This document shows positions 39,501 through 52,351 of a stretch of 64,000 nucleotides of DNA, piece after piece. The notes beneath the pieces were generated by a model. The model worked only from the letters and a program-made list of their open reading frames with translations. It was not told where the DNA came from and searched no databases. Position numbers and translations under genes: made by a program. Every line of letters starts with the position of its first letter. Position 1 is the first letter of the stretch. This stretch comes from Eledone cirrhosa (taxonomy: Eukaryota), in NCBI GenBank assembly GCA_964016885.1, contig OZ024747.1, positions 10,044,001-10,108,000 on the forward strand. The letters are read 5' to 3'.

Positions 39501-41714
39501 CCGTTGGTGGTTCACTCGGTCGCTGTTGGTGTTTGCCACTGCAATCCCGGCATGCTCGGCTCATCTATGTGTCTATGTACCATGTCGTAGCTTTCTGTCG
39601 TAGCTGCCTCCGCCGCCGTTGCACCCTCCTCCGCCGACATCATTCTCATGTTGTTGAAGTGCCACTCACCCAGCGGCTTGACGGACGACGCACCGACTTC
39701 AGTACCATTAAAAAACACACACATACATACATACAAACATATATAACATAGCCACGGAACAGACATACAGACTTTAAACACTCACCAAGAAATTATAACA
39801 CAAATGATTTTTTAAACGGATTTTTTCAATCATCGTTTCACTGCGCCTTTTTTTTCCTTTGGAGGAACTCGTTTCCCCCAAATTTTGTTACCTTCCTTCT
39901 TGGCGAACATTTATCCTTTATCTTGTAAGTATTTTTCTAAAATTTAAGAAAAAAATCACAAAAATACAGAAGCAATTTAAAAATATATCTATTTCCGATT
40001 TGTATAATTATATATATTTATATATTTTTATATATATTTATTTTTTAATGATTTGTTATTTATTTTATTTATATATTTGTTTGTTTTCTTTAATGAAAGT
40101 GTAAAAACAAAAAGAAAGAGTTATATAGAGGGGAGGGGTAGTTATATCTCTCCTCACTCTCTCCCTCATAGGTTTTTGTTTATTAATGCCTCCCTCCCAC
40201 CTCTCCCCTATCGTTCTATGGGGACAGAGGGGAAGAGACTGATATATATATCAGGGGAGAGTAAAAGCTAAGAGGGGGGGGGGACTGGTATATATATATA
40301 TATATATATACAGACAGGGGAGAGTAAAAGCTATGCGGGAGGAGGAGAGGGAGACTGATATATATGCACAGACAGGGGGAGTGTAAAAGCTAAGAAGAAG
40401 GCGGAGGGGAGACTGATATATCTATATACAGACAGAGAGGGGAGAGTAAAAGCTAAGTGGAAGGAGGAGAAGGGTTTGGTTGTAATGAAAGGTTTCTTTC
40501 TTCATTGTTTATTGTGTTGGTTTAACGGTCTCTCTCTCTATAAAAGCTTTGCCAATGATCATAAAAATTCATAAGGAAGTCAACTTAATGAATGTAATGT
40601 ATATAGATATATAGGTTTATGTATGTAGATATATTTATAAAGATCCGAATGGTTTAGTAACTTTATTCCAAATATATATATAGATCCTTAAGGTTTATGT
40701 ATTTGTTAATATTGGTGATAATTTAAATAAGACCCTCACAGTTTGGAGCAAAAGGGAGGAGGTCATTTAAGTCTTCGATCCAAGTTCGATCTCTGCTTGG
40801 AATCAATTCACATCATTAAATTACATTTAAATTGTAACATTGCTTTTTTTTTTTTTTTAAACTCCCCCAAAATGTTTGAATATTATGCGATTCCCTAATG
40901 ATCGTTTTAAAACTTATCCCATGTTAGAATAGAGAATAAAATAAAAGCGAGAGAGAGAGAGAGAAAAAGACATGCTTCATTATTAAACAAGTAAATAATG
41001 ATTTAATTACGATAAACGGAAATGTTTATAAACACATATACACATACACTCATATATATATATATGTGTGTGTATAATGTACACACATACACATATATAG
41101 TAGTGTATTCAATTGACTGGCTATATGGGTATGTATTTATATATATATATATGTGTGGTTGTATTCAATTGACTAGCTATATAATATATATATATATAAC
41201 CCAAGAAGTGTGTAGAGATGAAAGATCATCGTTATTATAACATTGCCGAATAAAGAGAATAAATAAATAAATAAACTATCTTTATTATTCAGCAATGCGG
41301 GTGTGGTGGCTTTCATCCTACTTCCTTTACATCGTAGATCTTTCAAAATAAAAAAAAAAAAAGGCGTAAAAAAACTGAAACAAATGGTCTTTTATAGAGG
41401 TTCCCTAATGTTAAAATTGCTACATCATTCTTTCCGGAGGGAAAAACGTGAAAAAACAAAAATGGCCTTTTAATGCAATTGGTTAGCACTTAGCATTTTA
41501 GTGACTGGTAAGGATAGAAGATGTGAAGAGCAAAGGAGGATAAGCTCCCGGCAAGAAGACACCACCACACCATTTCAATTTTGACTTGAGAGAAACCAAT
41601 ATCATTTTCATTCATTGTTCTGAAATAAAAGTTATAGAAAAAAAACGTGAATGAACGTCATAACACCACACCCCCGAAAATATATATTTTCTCCTTCCTA
41701 AGGAGGAATATATA

Positions 41715-41757
<43 letters not shown>

Positions 41758-42040
41758 CACATCACAGTCTAAAGATTCTATACAACAAAATAAACAAAGT
41801 CTGTATATATATATATATAAATATATATATGTGCTTTACATAGGATATATATACACATTCTCTCTCTCTCTCTCTCTCTGTATGTATGTATGTATGTATA
41901 TATATATATATATAAACGTACGTTTGTATTTGAGGAGAGAAAAAAGTACTCAATACCTAAATAGAGTATAATATATTTTTATTTCTTATATTACTGAGAT
42001 TACACGCTTGCTACTCTCAGAAGCACTAGAGTGGTCACTA

Positions 42041-42099
<59 letters not shown>

Positions 42100-42477
42100 T
42101 AAATGTGCGTGTGTGTGTATATAATATATGATTATGTATATATGATATATAGTATATATACAAAGACCAAAATCCAAAGGACTTTTTAATCTGCGCTAAC
42201 ATTAAATATTGTGTGTGTGTGTAGATATTTAAAGAACAAAGAAAGGGGTCTGATATTTTCTATGGTAGGTTTTTTGGGGTGGATATATTATTGTGAGGTT
42301 TAAGTGAATATAATGTACCATTTATAAGTGGAATTGTTCTAATGTGTATATCGAAACATGAACCCCTGGATGACCATTTTATATATATATAAATCTACCG
42401 AGTATATTTACCGGTATGTTTATATATATATACACATACACACACACCTCTCTCTCTCTATATATATATATATGTGT

Positions 42478-42679
42478 TATTCCGGGTTGAATCGGAGGTA
42501 ACCACAGTAAGTAAGGTACTCAATACATAGCAGAGTATAAAAGTTTTAATATAGATGAGATTCTACAGGACTAGAACCGTTTCATTCTTTAGAAATCATC
42601 AGGAATCACAGGAGATTCCTGATGATTTCTAAAGAATGAAACAGTTCTAGTCCTGTAAAATCTCATCTATATTAAAACT
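42478..42679. mobile_element. Fold-back element (palindrome 42542-42679) with a hammerhead-like core
   Basis: Arms meet at the acagga loop (42607-42612); right arm reads CTGATGA tttc taaa gaat GAAAC agttcta GTC; flanked by (TA)n. Confidence 0.8.
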
Positions 42680-43182
42680 ATATATATATATATATATGAG
42701 AGAGAGAATTAGAGAAGAGTATATACACACTATCAAAAATAAACATATATAACTATTCATACATACATATACACATACAATAAACATATATACACACACA
42801 AGGAATACGGAAACTAGAGTACAAAGTGCTTGCTCCATTAGGATAGCTAAGTATTTTTCGGTCGTCACATTCAGTTACATTTTTTAAGACCGCTAGTATC
42901 TATTTAAATGTTTTGTTCCGTCTTATCACAAGAGCTTTGTGCTTCCATTCTGTCTACTAGATAGATAAGTTGTGAGATTTAAGCCTTTCATATGCGCATT
43001 TCCTTTTGTCACTTTGAGCTTCTTTTCATCGCCAATCTTTGAAATATTTCGGTGGAAATTTGATTTTTAAAAACTTTTCGTTACTTCATTTCTCTTTGCA
43101 CTATATAAGTGTGTGTGAAGAGTATTTATATGTATGATCGTTTCTTTTAATGCCCTATCGCAAGACAGTACCCGTACGACTT

Positions 43183-43240
43183 CTTCGGGAGTTAGATGGA
43201 CCCTATATATATTAATATAGGGTCCATGTAACTCCTGAAG
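43183..43240. repeat. Short palindrome
   Basis: cttcgggagttagatggaccctata...tatagggtccatgtaactcctgaag. Confidence 0.8.
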
Positions 43241-43436
43241 GAGTTTTTTAATGATGTATATATATATATTTATATATTTATATGGTCATGTACTTCCTGG
43301 GGCAGTCGTAGGGTCACCGAATTGAGATAGGGCATTTTTTTAAAAATGCTAACGGAGCCCATTTCTCAATGTCTGAACACAACAGAGAGAGAATGAGAAA
43401 AAGATATAGAGAAAGAATCACCTCCAGTATCAGACT

Positions 43437-43551
43437 ATTTTTTATGGATGAAAGGCAAAGTTGACTTCGGTGCGATATGAACTCGGAGAGCCAAAACAAA
43501 TACCGCAAAGCATTCTGTCCCACGTTCTAATGACTCTCCCAATTCGCCACC
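43437..43551 (-). mobile_element. SINE fragment (family A-related)
   Basis: ggatgaaaggcaaagttgacttcggtgcgatatgaactcggag...caattcgccacc. Confidence 0.75.
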
Positions 43552-43989
43552 ATAATACACACACACATACATATATATGTGTGTAGCTTCACCGTTTATT
43601 ACCCTTCCCATTTCGATTAGATCGATAGCGATATATCGATCAGTAGTAATACTATGTACATATATATCATTCATTTACCCTCTCACTTTATACAAAGGAT
43701 GAATAGTAAGATAAATAAGGTTTATATGTATGTGAAGATGGATGGCCTAATGGTTAGGGTTGTGAACTTACGATCAGGAGGTTGTGAATTCAATTTCTGG
43801 ACAATCCGATACGTTTTATTCTTCAGCAAGACGCTTCATTTCGCGATGCCTTTCAGAGTACAATTGGATCCCTATTATTAAAGCACCCGTTACAATTCAT
43901 CAAGGAGAGTGGGGGAGGAGCAATACGCAGAAGGCCAACTAATCCTAGCTAGGAGTGGGCTGTAAATGTCAGTCTTTTCTCTATCTATA

Positions 43990-44053
<64 letters not shown>

Positions 44054-44557
44054 TAACAAAGCAAACGACACAGTACAATGAAGAATTATATTGGTATTAT
44101 ATTTGATATAGTAGGATTAGAGTCTTAACGTTTCAGACGCTAGTTCTTCTTCAGAATATAGAGACGCTATATCTATCTCCACACACACCTAAATATATAT
44201 ACACACCTAAATATACACACACACACACACACACACACGCATATAAAATAGAGAAAATAACCAAGTTGTACTTAAAACTCATGTATATATATATATATAT
44301 GTGTGTCTATATAAAATGAGGATGAAGTATGTCACCTTTACCATTGACTCAAAAATAGAATTCTATACAACAGTGTGTAGAAGTGTCTGTGTACATAAGT
44401 GTGTCAGTGTATGTGTAGAACTGTCAGTGTATGTAGAACAGTGAATTGTGTAATACACATATCTATCATAATATCTTTATACATGCAGTTAGTTTCCTAA
44501 CTGTTGGAGGACTGATAATGACTAACTCCTCAATGTGGGGTTCTACATATATATATA

Positions 44558-44800
44558 GGCATGTGGCCAAGTGGTTAGAGAATTGGATTCGCAATCACGA
44601 GGTTGTGATTTCAATTCCCAGACCAGGTGATGTGTTATGTCCTTGTGCAAGACACTTTATTTCACATTGCTCCGTCTGCCTGGAGTTGCGACCAACAGAT
44701 AGTATTAGCAATTGGAAAGACCAATGGAAACATTGTTTCCTCGGTCTGATTTGACGAGTTCCACCCCGCGAATGATGTCTGGTATCTTGTCAATCAACTA
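44558..44800 (+). mobile_element. tRNA-type SINE (family B); further partial copies at ~43740-43850 (+), ~58250-58361 (+), ~61160-61420 (-)
   Basis: A-box gtggccaagtggttaga, B-box-like atttcaattcc, gcaagacactttatttcac body. Confidence 0.8.
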
Positions 44801-44835
44801 TCGATATATGTAGATTCCGAGTGATATGGGGGTGG

Positions 44836-45000
44836 GTACAGTAAGGTACTCAATACATTAGTAGAGTGAGAACAACAAAATTCAATATAGAAATGGCTTC
44901 TACAGGACTAGATCTGTTTCATTTGTTTGAAATCATTAGTAATGCGCATTTCTGATGATTTCTTAGGAATAAAGCAATTCCAGTCCTGTAGAAGCCATTT
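44836..45000. mobile_element. Older, diverged fold-back copy of the 42478-42679 family
   Basis: Arms 44891-44945 / 44946-45000 centred on aatgcgcatt; CTGATGA in the right arm. Confidence 0.75.
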
Positions 45001-45023
45001 ATATATATATATGTGTATCTGTA

Positions 45024-45223
45024 TATGAGGGTCAGCTGAAAAGTTCATAGGCTGACCGAGATACTCTCATGGAATGGCCAAATGAGGTTTATTTTTCTAC
45101 ATAGTCCCTAGAAAGAAACAATGCAGTTATTAATAAGTAGAGATGAAATTAATGCATGCTAGATTTCATAGCTCTAGCATCATTCTTTCATAGTCAGTCT
45201 ATGAACTTTTCAGCCTACTCTTG
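45024..45223. mobile_element. mariner-type MITE
   Basis: TA-tgagggtcagctgaaaagttcataggctgac / gtcagtctatgaacttttcagcctactcttg TIRs. Confidence 0.8.
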
Positions 45224-46151
45224 TGTGTATATATCTGTATGTATGTATGTATGTATATCTGATACGCATTTAAGGTGTATTTTCCATGATTGCATGGGCT
45301 AGACAGGCTGTTACATATTGTGACCAGACTAGTCAGGTGACTATGTCCTGCTTGTATACTCTGGTTTTGGTTTAGCTTCTCCAGCTGGTTGCCACTTCTT
45401 AATGCCAACCACCTTAACGGATGGAATGGGTGCTTTTTATTGTGGCGCCAGTACAGCCATATTACATGTATCATATAGTCTGCCCTTCATTCTGGATACT
45501 AGCAATGTAAATCACCAAAGCAGGAAATGAAAATAAGGATAATACAACAAGCAACCAGGAAATTAAATCTTTGAATTATTCCGTTTGATGGACACCCAAA
45601 TTCCAACTTTAGTACTAGCAACAAGAACAAAGCTGGTTGCCACTTCTTAATGCCAACCCCCATAAACCAATTAGTAACCTTTCTTTCAGCATATTGCTTG
45701 AAATAATAAATCACCATTTCAACTGCTGTATTTAAAACAAAAGCCTACTAAATGGTAATTGTCTTGTGAATACTGCAGTGTATAAATTTAAAGTAATAAC
45801 AAAGAATAATATTCAGGTGTACAATGGCAGTGCCCCAGCATGACCTCAGCCCCTTTGCTAGAACAAGTAATAGGTGCTGTGGCTAACTCTTTCAAAACAA
45901 GATGTTACACTCAGTCTTTTAGGAACATTAAATTAGTTCATTCTACCTCACTTGCTGAAGTAATCTTCCTCTATGAATGTTATACAGTTTATGAAGTAGT
46001 AAAATTCTTACTTAGAACATTTAGACTCTCCTCCATGAATGGAACACTAAATGAAGAAATCTATAGAATCAAACATCAATAAACAACTGGCATTCAAAAA
46101 CACTGGTAGACCTGGCCATGTATTAATTTAGGTATAAATATGACACTCATA

Positions 46152-46330
46152 AGGCAGCAAATTGGCTGTTGTTAGGATGTCAGATTAAAAATGCTTCGGT
46201 ATTTATTTCAGTTCACTACACTCTGAGTTCAAATCCTGCCAAAGTCAACTTAGCTTCTCATCTTTTTGCAGTCGATCAAGTACCAGTCATGTACTGGGGT
46301 TGGTTCTTTCTCTTAAAAAAAAATTGGCCA
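46152..46330 (+). mobile_element. Degenerate SINE family A
   Basis: ctgagttcaaatcctgccaaagtcaacttagc...gtaccagtcatgtactgggg. Confidence 0.7.
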
Positions 46331-46389
46331 TGTTCCAACCTGGAGAGGGATAGATTCCACCAGATTTAAAATTCCAAAGATACGCTGTG

Positions 46390-46646
46390 CAGGGCCGGAT
46401 TTAATGGGGGGCAATTGCTCCGAGCCCCACCAGTGACAGCCGTAGCAATTCATTTGTGCCCTCAGCTGGGCTTTTTAGTTTTAGGAGGGTTAGAGGTTTT
46501 GAATTTAATACCTGTATGTATAACTTTTCAATTCTACTTACTTGCACCAAGCTGATTTTAATATGTAAAATTGGGGGCAGTGGGGTTGCTGTGTATTCTA
46601 ATTTTTTGTATATGAGAGCCTCCCCTCTCAGTCTGAATCCAACCTG
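46390..46646. mobile_element. hAT-type MITE (degenerate)
   Basis: Termini cagggccggatt / aatccaacctg; no clear 8-bp TSD. Confidence 0.45.
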
Positions 46647-47719
46647 ACTGTCAGGATAGTGTCGTTATAACTCCATGAGGAGTTAAGGACCCTTTACCTA
46701 TAACAATACCTATACTTCAGTCAACATAGCTATTAAAAATACTCGCACTACATATAAAAGTATACTATATCAGTCAAATACATACCAACTATAGGACAGT
46801 CAAACATAACCAATAACTTCATAAGATGTAATACAGAATACATCAGCCCAAGCCATACATTAACAGTGATAAAATACTACAAAAGCTCAAACATTATCAA
46901 CAAACCACAAACATAGAAACTTAAGAATAAGCTAGAAATGACCAATGTAATTTACTGTATAAATGAAAGTTGTAAACTTAATGACACCAATTGTTACATT
47001 GGCCATACATATACAATACACTCTAGAAGATTTACCATGTATTTTACAGCTAGGAGCAATAGCAACACATTACACTATACATCATATAACAAAGTTAGGA
47101 AAACATTAATGAACAATACATCTATATTATACAGAATTCCACCAATGAGTAACAGCAACATTCTACACTATACATCACAACAAAGTTAGGAAAACATTAA
47201 TGAACAATACATCTATATTATACAGAATTCCAAATCATAATAGGTACCTAATTATGGAAGCAATATTATATCACAATTTGGCACCAACATCAATATCATG
47301 TATAGTGTCGGTCATTGACACCAATATCAATATCCAGTATGGTGTCAGTCATTGACACCAATATCCAATATGGTGTCAGTCATAAATGTACAAATCATGA
47401 ACATATGACTTGTGACATGAGAGTCTAATGGTCAAGTTTATGATCAGATTATGGCAGGAAAGTCATAGAATGATGGTAAAATAAGAACTGGATATAATTT
47501 CATAAAATACATATGTCTATAATAAAAGAGCAGTAAAAATAAACCGACACTACTGATGATGAGACTGTGAGGGTCTGGAAACAGTCAAAATTATAAACTT
47601 AAGAACTTCCAAATAAGATAAAGGCTTTATTAGAAAATTTGAGGTGAAATTTTTTTATTCTTTTCATTTTATATACAAAAGCACGTGTGTGTGTGTATGT
47701 ATGTATTTATATATATATA

Positions 47720-49693
47720 AAAAAGAATAGAGGTGTAACACGAGTTGTGATATATTAGTAAAAGGAAAAGAAAATGCTGACAAATTTTTCCCAGTGAAAA
47801 ATAGTTTAATTAGGAATAAGTATAAATTAGTAATAAGTATTGGTTAGTATTTAGTTTTAAGTTTTTACCGGTTGCGCATTTCTAATGCTTTTCAAAAATA
47901 ATTTGAGATAAAACGCCCGTGATGTTTGCTCTAATCTGATCAGTTTTGGAAATTCTTCCTGTTTTATGTGAAAAAAGTGGCTCCAGAGGTATTAAGATTT
48001 GGTTGGTTGTTGAATGTCACGTGAATGAGTACTATAAATTTTGCGCCAATTCGTGTTGCAAAAATTCTTGTAGTCAAAACAATTTTGATTGGTCGGTAGA
48101 GGTCATGTGAATGTTAAAAATTGATTTTGCGCCAAATGTAGGTTTGTCGAAGAGTGTCCTTTTTCACCTGATTGAGAAGTCACTGAAAAATAAGTCTTTT
48201 AAGACAAATATGTGTGTGTGTGTGTGTAGTAAAGAGGTTCATTGTGTGATAATGGTCAGTAGGGATGTGTGTGTAAATTGCAGTCATGTTGAAAGGTCAA
48301 CAGTTCAGGTGTCTATTAAGACAAATGTGTGTGTGTGTGTGTGTGTAGCAGAGTGGTTCGTGGTAGAGGGATTCGGTCAGTAGGAATGTGTCTGTACATG
48401 TGTGGGGATATTTTAACATGTTGAAAGATATTTTTCAGCTATTATACGGAGAAGTGTGTGTGTGTATATGTCTGTTTGTATGTTAGTGTATGCGTGTGTG
48501 TGGATGGACCAGTATTTTTGTGATACTGGTAAAAATGGTGTACATTATTCGATATTTTCAGTAATTTGCAAAAATGATTCTCAAAAGAACATCAAAAACA
48601 TTAATAATAAAAGGGGTGAAATGATGTATAGTATTGTCATTAACACCAAGGTGTGTGTGAGTGTCCAGATTGTACATACTGCAAGGGGAATCCATTAGGC
48701 CCTGTCGTATGGGAATACTTGTGTACAAATATTATGTATGTGCCCATCAGTGTGCGTATATGTGTGTGTGTGTGTCGGCACGTTTATATCTATTGACATC
48801 AAAAGGTATGCAAATTTGTGTATATTTGTGTTGCACCATAGAACATGTTTATATATGGATAGAAATGTATGTAGGATGTATGCTGATGTAGGTATGTATG
48901 TTGTGGGTTCGTCTTAGGGAGAAGTGTTTAGATGGGGTCCGTATTTGTTAATAAAGTGAGATTCCTTGTTGATGCGCTGGGTGTGGGTGGCATTATCTTT
49001 AAATTTGTAGAGGGGAAAGATTCTAAAGTTGGGATGATTTTGGGTGGCACAGGTATCAATGTGTTCACTCAGTGGTATTTTTCTGTATTCCCGTATTTTA
49101 ATTTGGGATCTATGGACAGTCATGCATTGGCGGAGGCTGTTTTTAGTCTGGCCTATGTATTGTTCTCGACAACCTGAGCAAATTAATACACATATTAGAT
49201 TTTCTGATGCGCATGTGAAATTGTGTTTTACTGTAATATGTTGTCCTTCTTTGAAATAGAATTCCGAACCCTCTATTAGGTTGATGCATATGCCACAGTT
49301 GGGTCTATCGCATTTTTTTACTGTGGGTTTCGTTGTTGTGGTTGGCAGTACTTTGGCATGTGTTAGGATGTTTTTCATTGACTTAGATTGTCTTTTGCTC
49401 TTTATGATATCGTGTGTGCGAAGGATTTGGTTCATTCTATGGTCCTTTTTTAACACAGGGATGTTCTGGAGGATGGTGTTGAGGGGGTTGTGTGTGGAGA
49501 TGTATGGAAGAGCTTTTAGTTTCGGTTGATTTACTTTAGGGTCCTGGGTACTGAGTTTTAGGGCACGTTGGATTCCATTGTCAATTAGTGATGCAGGGTA
49601 GTCCCTGCCTATGAGTGTGTCCTTTAGTTCTTGTAGCCGTAAGTAACAGGTGTTTTTATTGGAGACTATAGTACAGATTCTCTTGGCTAAGTT
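47720..49693 (-). mobile_element. 5'-truncated Penelope-like retroelement (RT thumb, Zn linker, GIY-YIG endonuclease, long 3' region)
   Basis: ORF below; 3' region ends at (TA)n and has a degenerate hammerhead at ~47861-47900; the distal boundary is approximate. Confidence 0.8.
48914..49693 (-). CDS. Penelope-like element RT C-terminus and GIY-YIG endonuclease (5'-truncated, open for 259 codons)
   Basis: NLAKRICTIVS..RLQELKDTLIGRDYPASLI..ALPYISTHNP.. CDRPNCGIC ..FTCASENLICVLICSGCREQYIGQTKNSLRQCMTVH..LSEH..RINKESHFINKYGPHLN. Confidence 0.9.
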   Translation of the reverse strand, partial: NLAKRICTIVSNKNTCYLRLQELKDTLIGRDYPASLIDNGIQRALKLSTQDPKVNQPKLKALPYISTHNPLNTILQNIPVLKKDHRMNQILRTHDIIKSKRQSKSMKNILTHAKVLPTTTTKPTVKKCDRPNCGICINLIEGSEFYFKEGQHITVKHNFTCASENLICVLICSGCREQYIGQTKNSLRQCMTVHRSQIKIREYRKIPLSEHIDTCATQNHPNFRIFPLYKFKDNATHTQRINKESHFINKYGPHLNTSP

Positions 49694-50022
49694 GTTGTGA
49701 ACTTCTTCAACTTGCTTCTCACTCTGGCTACAACACTTTCATAACATCCACACACTGCTAATAAAAGGTCCCTTAGATAACAAAAGGTTATCTACAACTT
49801 CTAGTAAGCATCTGAGGGTATTCATTTCATACATAAGTGTCCTTACTTTGGAGTACCATGCACCTGGTATATATGAAATATAAATTGTCTGTCAGCCGAC
49901 CTCTGACCCCACTATATATCTGATGGATATTAAATGATGATGATAGTATATGTACATGTTTATATATCATCATCATCATCTTCGTTTAACGTCCATCTTC
50001 CACGCTAGCATAGGTATATATG

Positions 50023-50054
<32 letters not shown>

Positions 50055-50059
50055 TACAC

Positions 50060-50100
<41 letters not shown>

Positions 50101-50211
50101 TTTATGTAATTTAATCCTTTACAATTGTTTGCTTCTGACGAAATACAATAACTAATCATACTTGGTTCAATATATATATATATTGAAAGGTCATTATATC
50201 TTAGCTCTCTC

Positions 50212-50404
50212 AGGGCGGTGGATTGACAGTATCGGTAGAGGGTCTGACGCCATGCTTTGCAGCAAAGAGTTACGGCCCTTTATGGTCTGAGTTCAAAACC
50301 CGCCGAGGTTAATTTTTCTTTTCATCATTATGGGGTCGATAAAATAAAGTACCAGTAATTCACTGATTTAATTGCTGGCCTTGTGCCAAAAGTAGAAACA
50401 ATTA
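50212..50404 (+). mobile_element. SINE family A (near full length)
   Basis: agggcggtggattgacagtatcggtagag...ggccttgtgccaaaagtagaaacaatta. Confidence 0.85.
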
Positions 50405-50523
50405 TTTCTTATCTCTTTCTCTCTCTCTCATATTTGAGGTATGGTCATATTTGGGCCTTGAAACCCTGGGTAGCACTTTTGATCTGTGTATGAACATAAA
50501 TGAATTATATATATATATATATA

Positions 50524-50941
50524 TACAATATATTAATAAATGGAAACTATATTTATAAAACCATATTTATTTTATTATATATGTTTCAAGGGCGACCAAG
50601 GTAAATTATGGTGCGCTTTCATCAGATAAAATACAGATTTGGTTTTATGAATAAATATTGACATCCCTGGAAAAAAGACAACCTCAACGGTTAAGGTTGT
50701 CTTTTTTCCGGGTATGTCAATATTTATTCATAAAACCAAATCTGTATTTTATCTGATGAAAGTGCACCATATTTTACCTTGGTCGCCCTTGAAATATATA
50801 TAATAAAATAAATATGGTTTTATAAATATAGTTTCAATTTATTAATATATTGTATATTTACTCCACTAATTTGTTGAGTGCTTTATATCAGTTACAAAAA
50901 CTTTTAAGCTTGTTGAATCCCAACAAATTAAATATAACCTC

Positions 50942-50946
<5 letters not shown>
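50524..50946. mobile_element. Fold-back element with a hammerhead in each arm plus an unpaired 3' tail, between (TA)n tracts
   Basis: Palindrome 50524-50854 around loop ~50685-50692; tail 50855-50946 homologous to 13177-13268. Confidence 0.9.
50745..50810 (+). ncRNA. Type I hammerhead ribozyme (mirror copy on the - strand at 50568-50633)
   Basis: tattttat-CTGATGA-aagtgcacca tattttacct tggtcgccctt-GAAA-tatat-ATA^-ataaaata. Confidence 0.85.
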
Positions 50947-50993
<47 letters not shown>

Positions 50994-51226
50994 TATTATT
51001 TATTATGTTCATCCTGTCTTCGTATTTTCTTGAGAGATGTATTGAAACAGTTGTAAAGTTTTAAATGTTTCAAGAACTTTTACCTGTCATCTGAATATGT
51101 TATATATGCTCTGTGTTATGTCACATTTTCTTCTCATCTTAAATGACATCTCTTATATTTCTATCTATAATAACACATTGAGCTTAAATATATTGTTCAC
51201 TCTCAATCTCTCATTTAATTTTGTGT

Positions 51227-52288
51227 GTCATCATCATCATCATCGTTTAATGTCCATCTTCCACGCTAGCATGGGTTAGAGGGGAGTTGTCCCAATTTGA
51301 GGCAAGGTGGGTCGGGTGACCGTGTCTCACTCATAGAGGACTATCTGGCAGGTTTTCTACGGCTGGATGCCCTTCCTAACACCAACCACATTTACAGTGT
51401 GGAACTGGGAACTTTTTACCATGTTACCTACACGGCCACATTACAGCGTGGACTGTGTGTTTTTTTGTTGTGACACCTACATGATCTCGATCTCTTGGAC
51501 TGGATGTTGTGATACCAACTTCACAGAGAGAGGGTGGTGTTAGTGGGAGTGGGAGGATAGGGTAGGGGTAGTGGATTGGGGTGTATATTTGGTTAAGAGG
51601 TGCCTACTGACTGTAGGTTTCGCTTTGTACTTAGGCAAGGCGGGTCTTCTGTATTACTGCGTGGCGCCAAAGATCTCGGTCCAGTGACATTGTCTTAGAG
51701 AGGTGCAAATGTGTAAGGTCGGAATTTATCAAATCGTCCCAGGTTTTTCTGGGTCTACCTACTCCGTAACTTCCATCAATTTTGATCGCCCTGCACTTTT
51801 TTATACAGCTGTCGTCTTTCATGCGCATCACGTGACCATACCAATGTAGTCTTCTCTCAAGTAAACAGCATCTGATCGCTCTTATTCCTAATTTCTCATT
51901 TAGTTCATTTATGCTTTGCCGTTCACGTATATTACTATTACACATCCAACGGAGCATGAATGCTTCGTTCCTTTTCAGTCTGAGCAAGTCCTCTTCACAC
52001 AATGCCCATGTCTCATTGCCATGTAACATTGCTGTTCGTATACAGGCATCATACAGTCTGCCTTTCATTTTTAGAAAGACACCTTTTGTGGCCAACAGCG
52101 GTATAAGCTTTCTGAACTTTTTCCATCACGTTCTGACTCTGGTTACTGTACTTTCAGAGCACCCTCCACTACTGCTGATTTTGTCACCCAGGTAACGGAA
52201 AGTGTCCAATATTTCTATAGAACCATCTGGGCAATAGAAGGAGCTAGTATCCTGTGGGCACTTGCTACTTATTGCACCTGAGCATCGT
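51227..52288 (-). mobile_element. 5'-truncated RTE-type LINE with 3' UTR and (GAT)n tail
   Basis: IEILDTFRYLGDKISSSGGC / KGRLYDACIRTAMLHGNETW..RRLHWYGHVMRM..GRPRKTW..DRDLWR; frameshifted; 3' UTR repeated at 61475-61815. Confidence 0.92.
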
Positions 52289-52351
52289 GTATATATATAT
52301 ATTTCTAATTTCAAAATCGCTTGCTGTTTCAAAACATACATATATATATAG

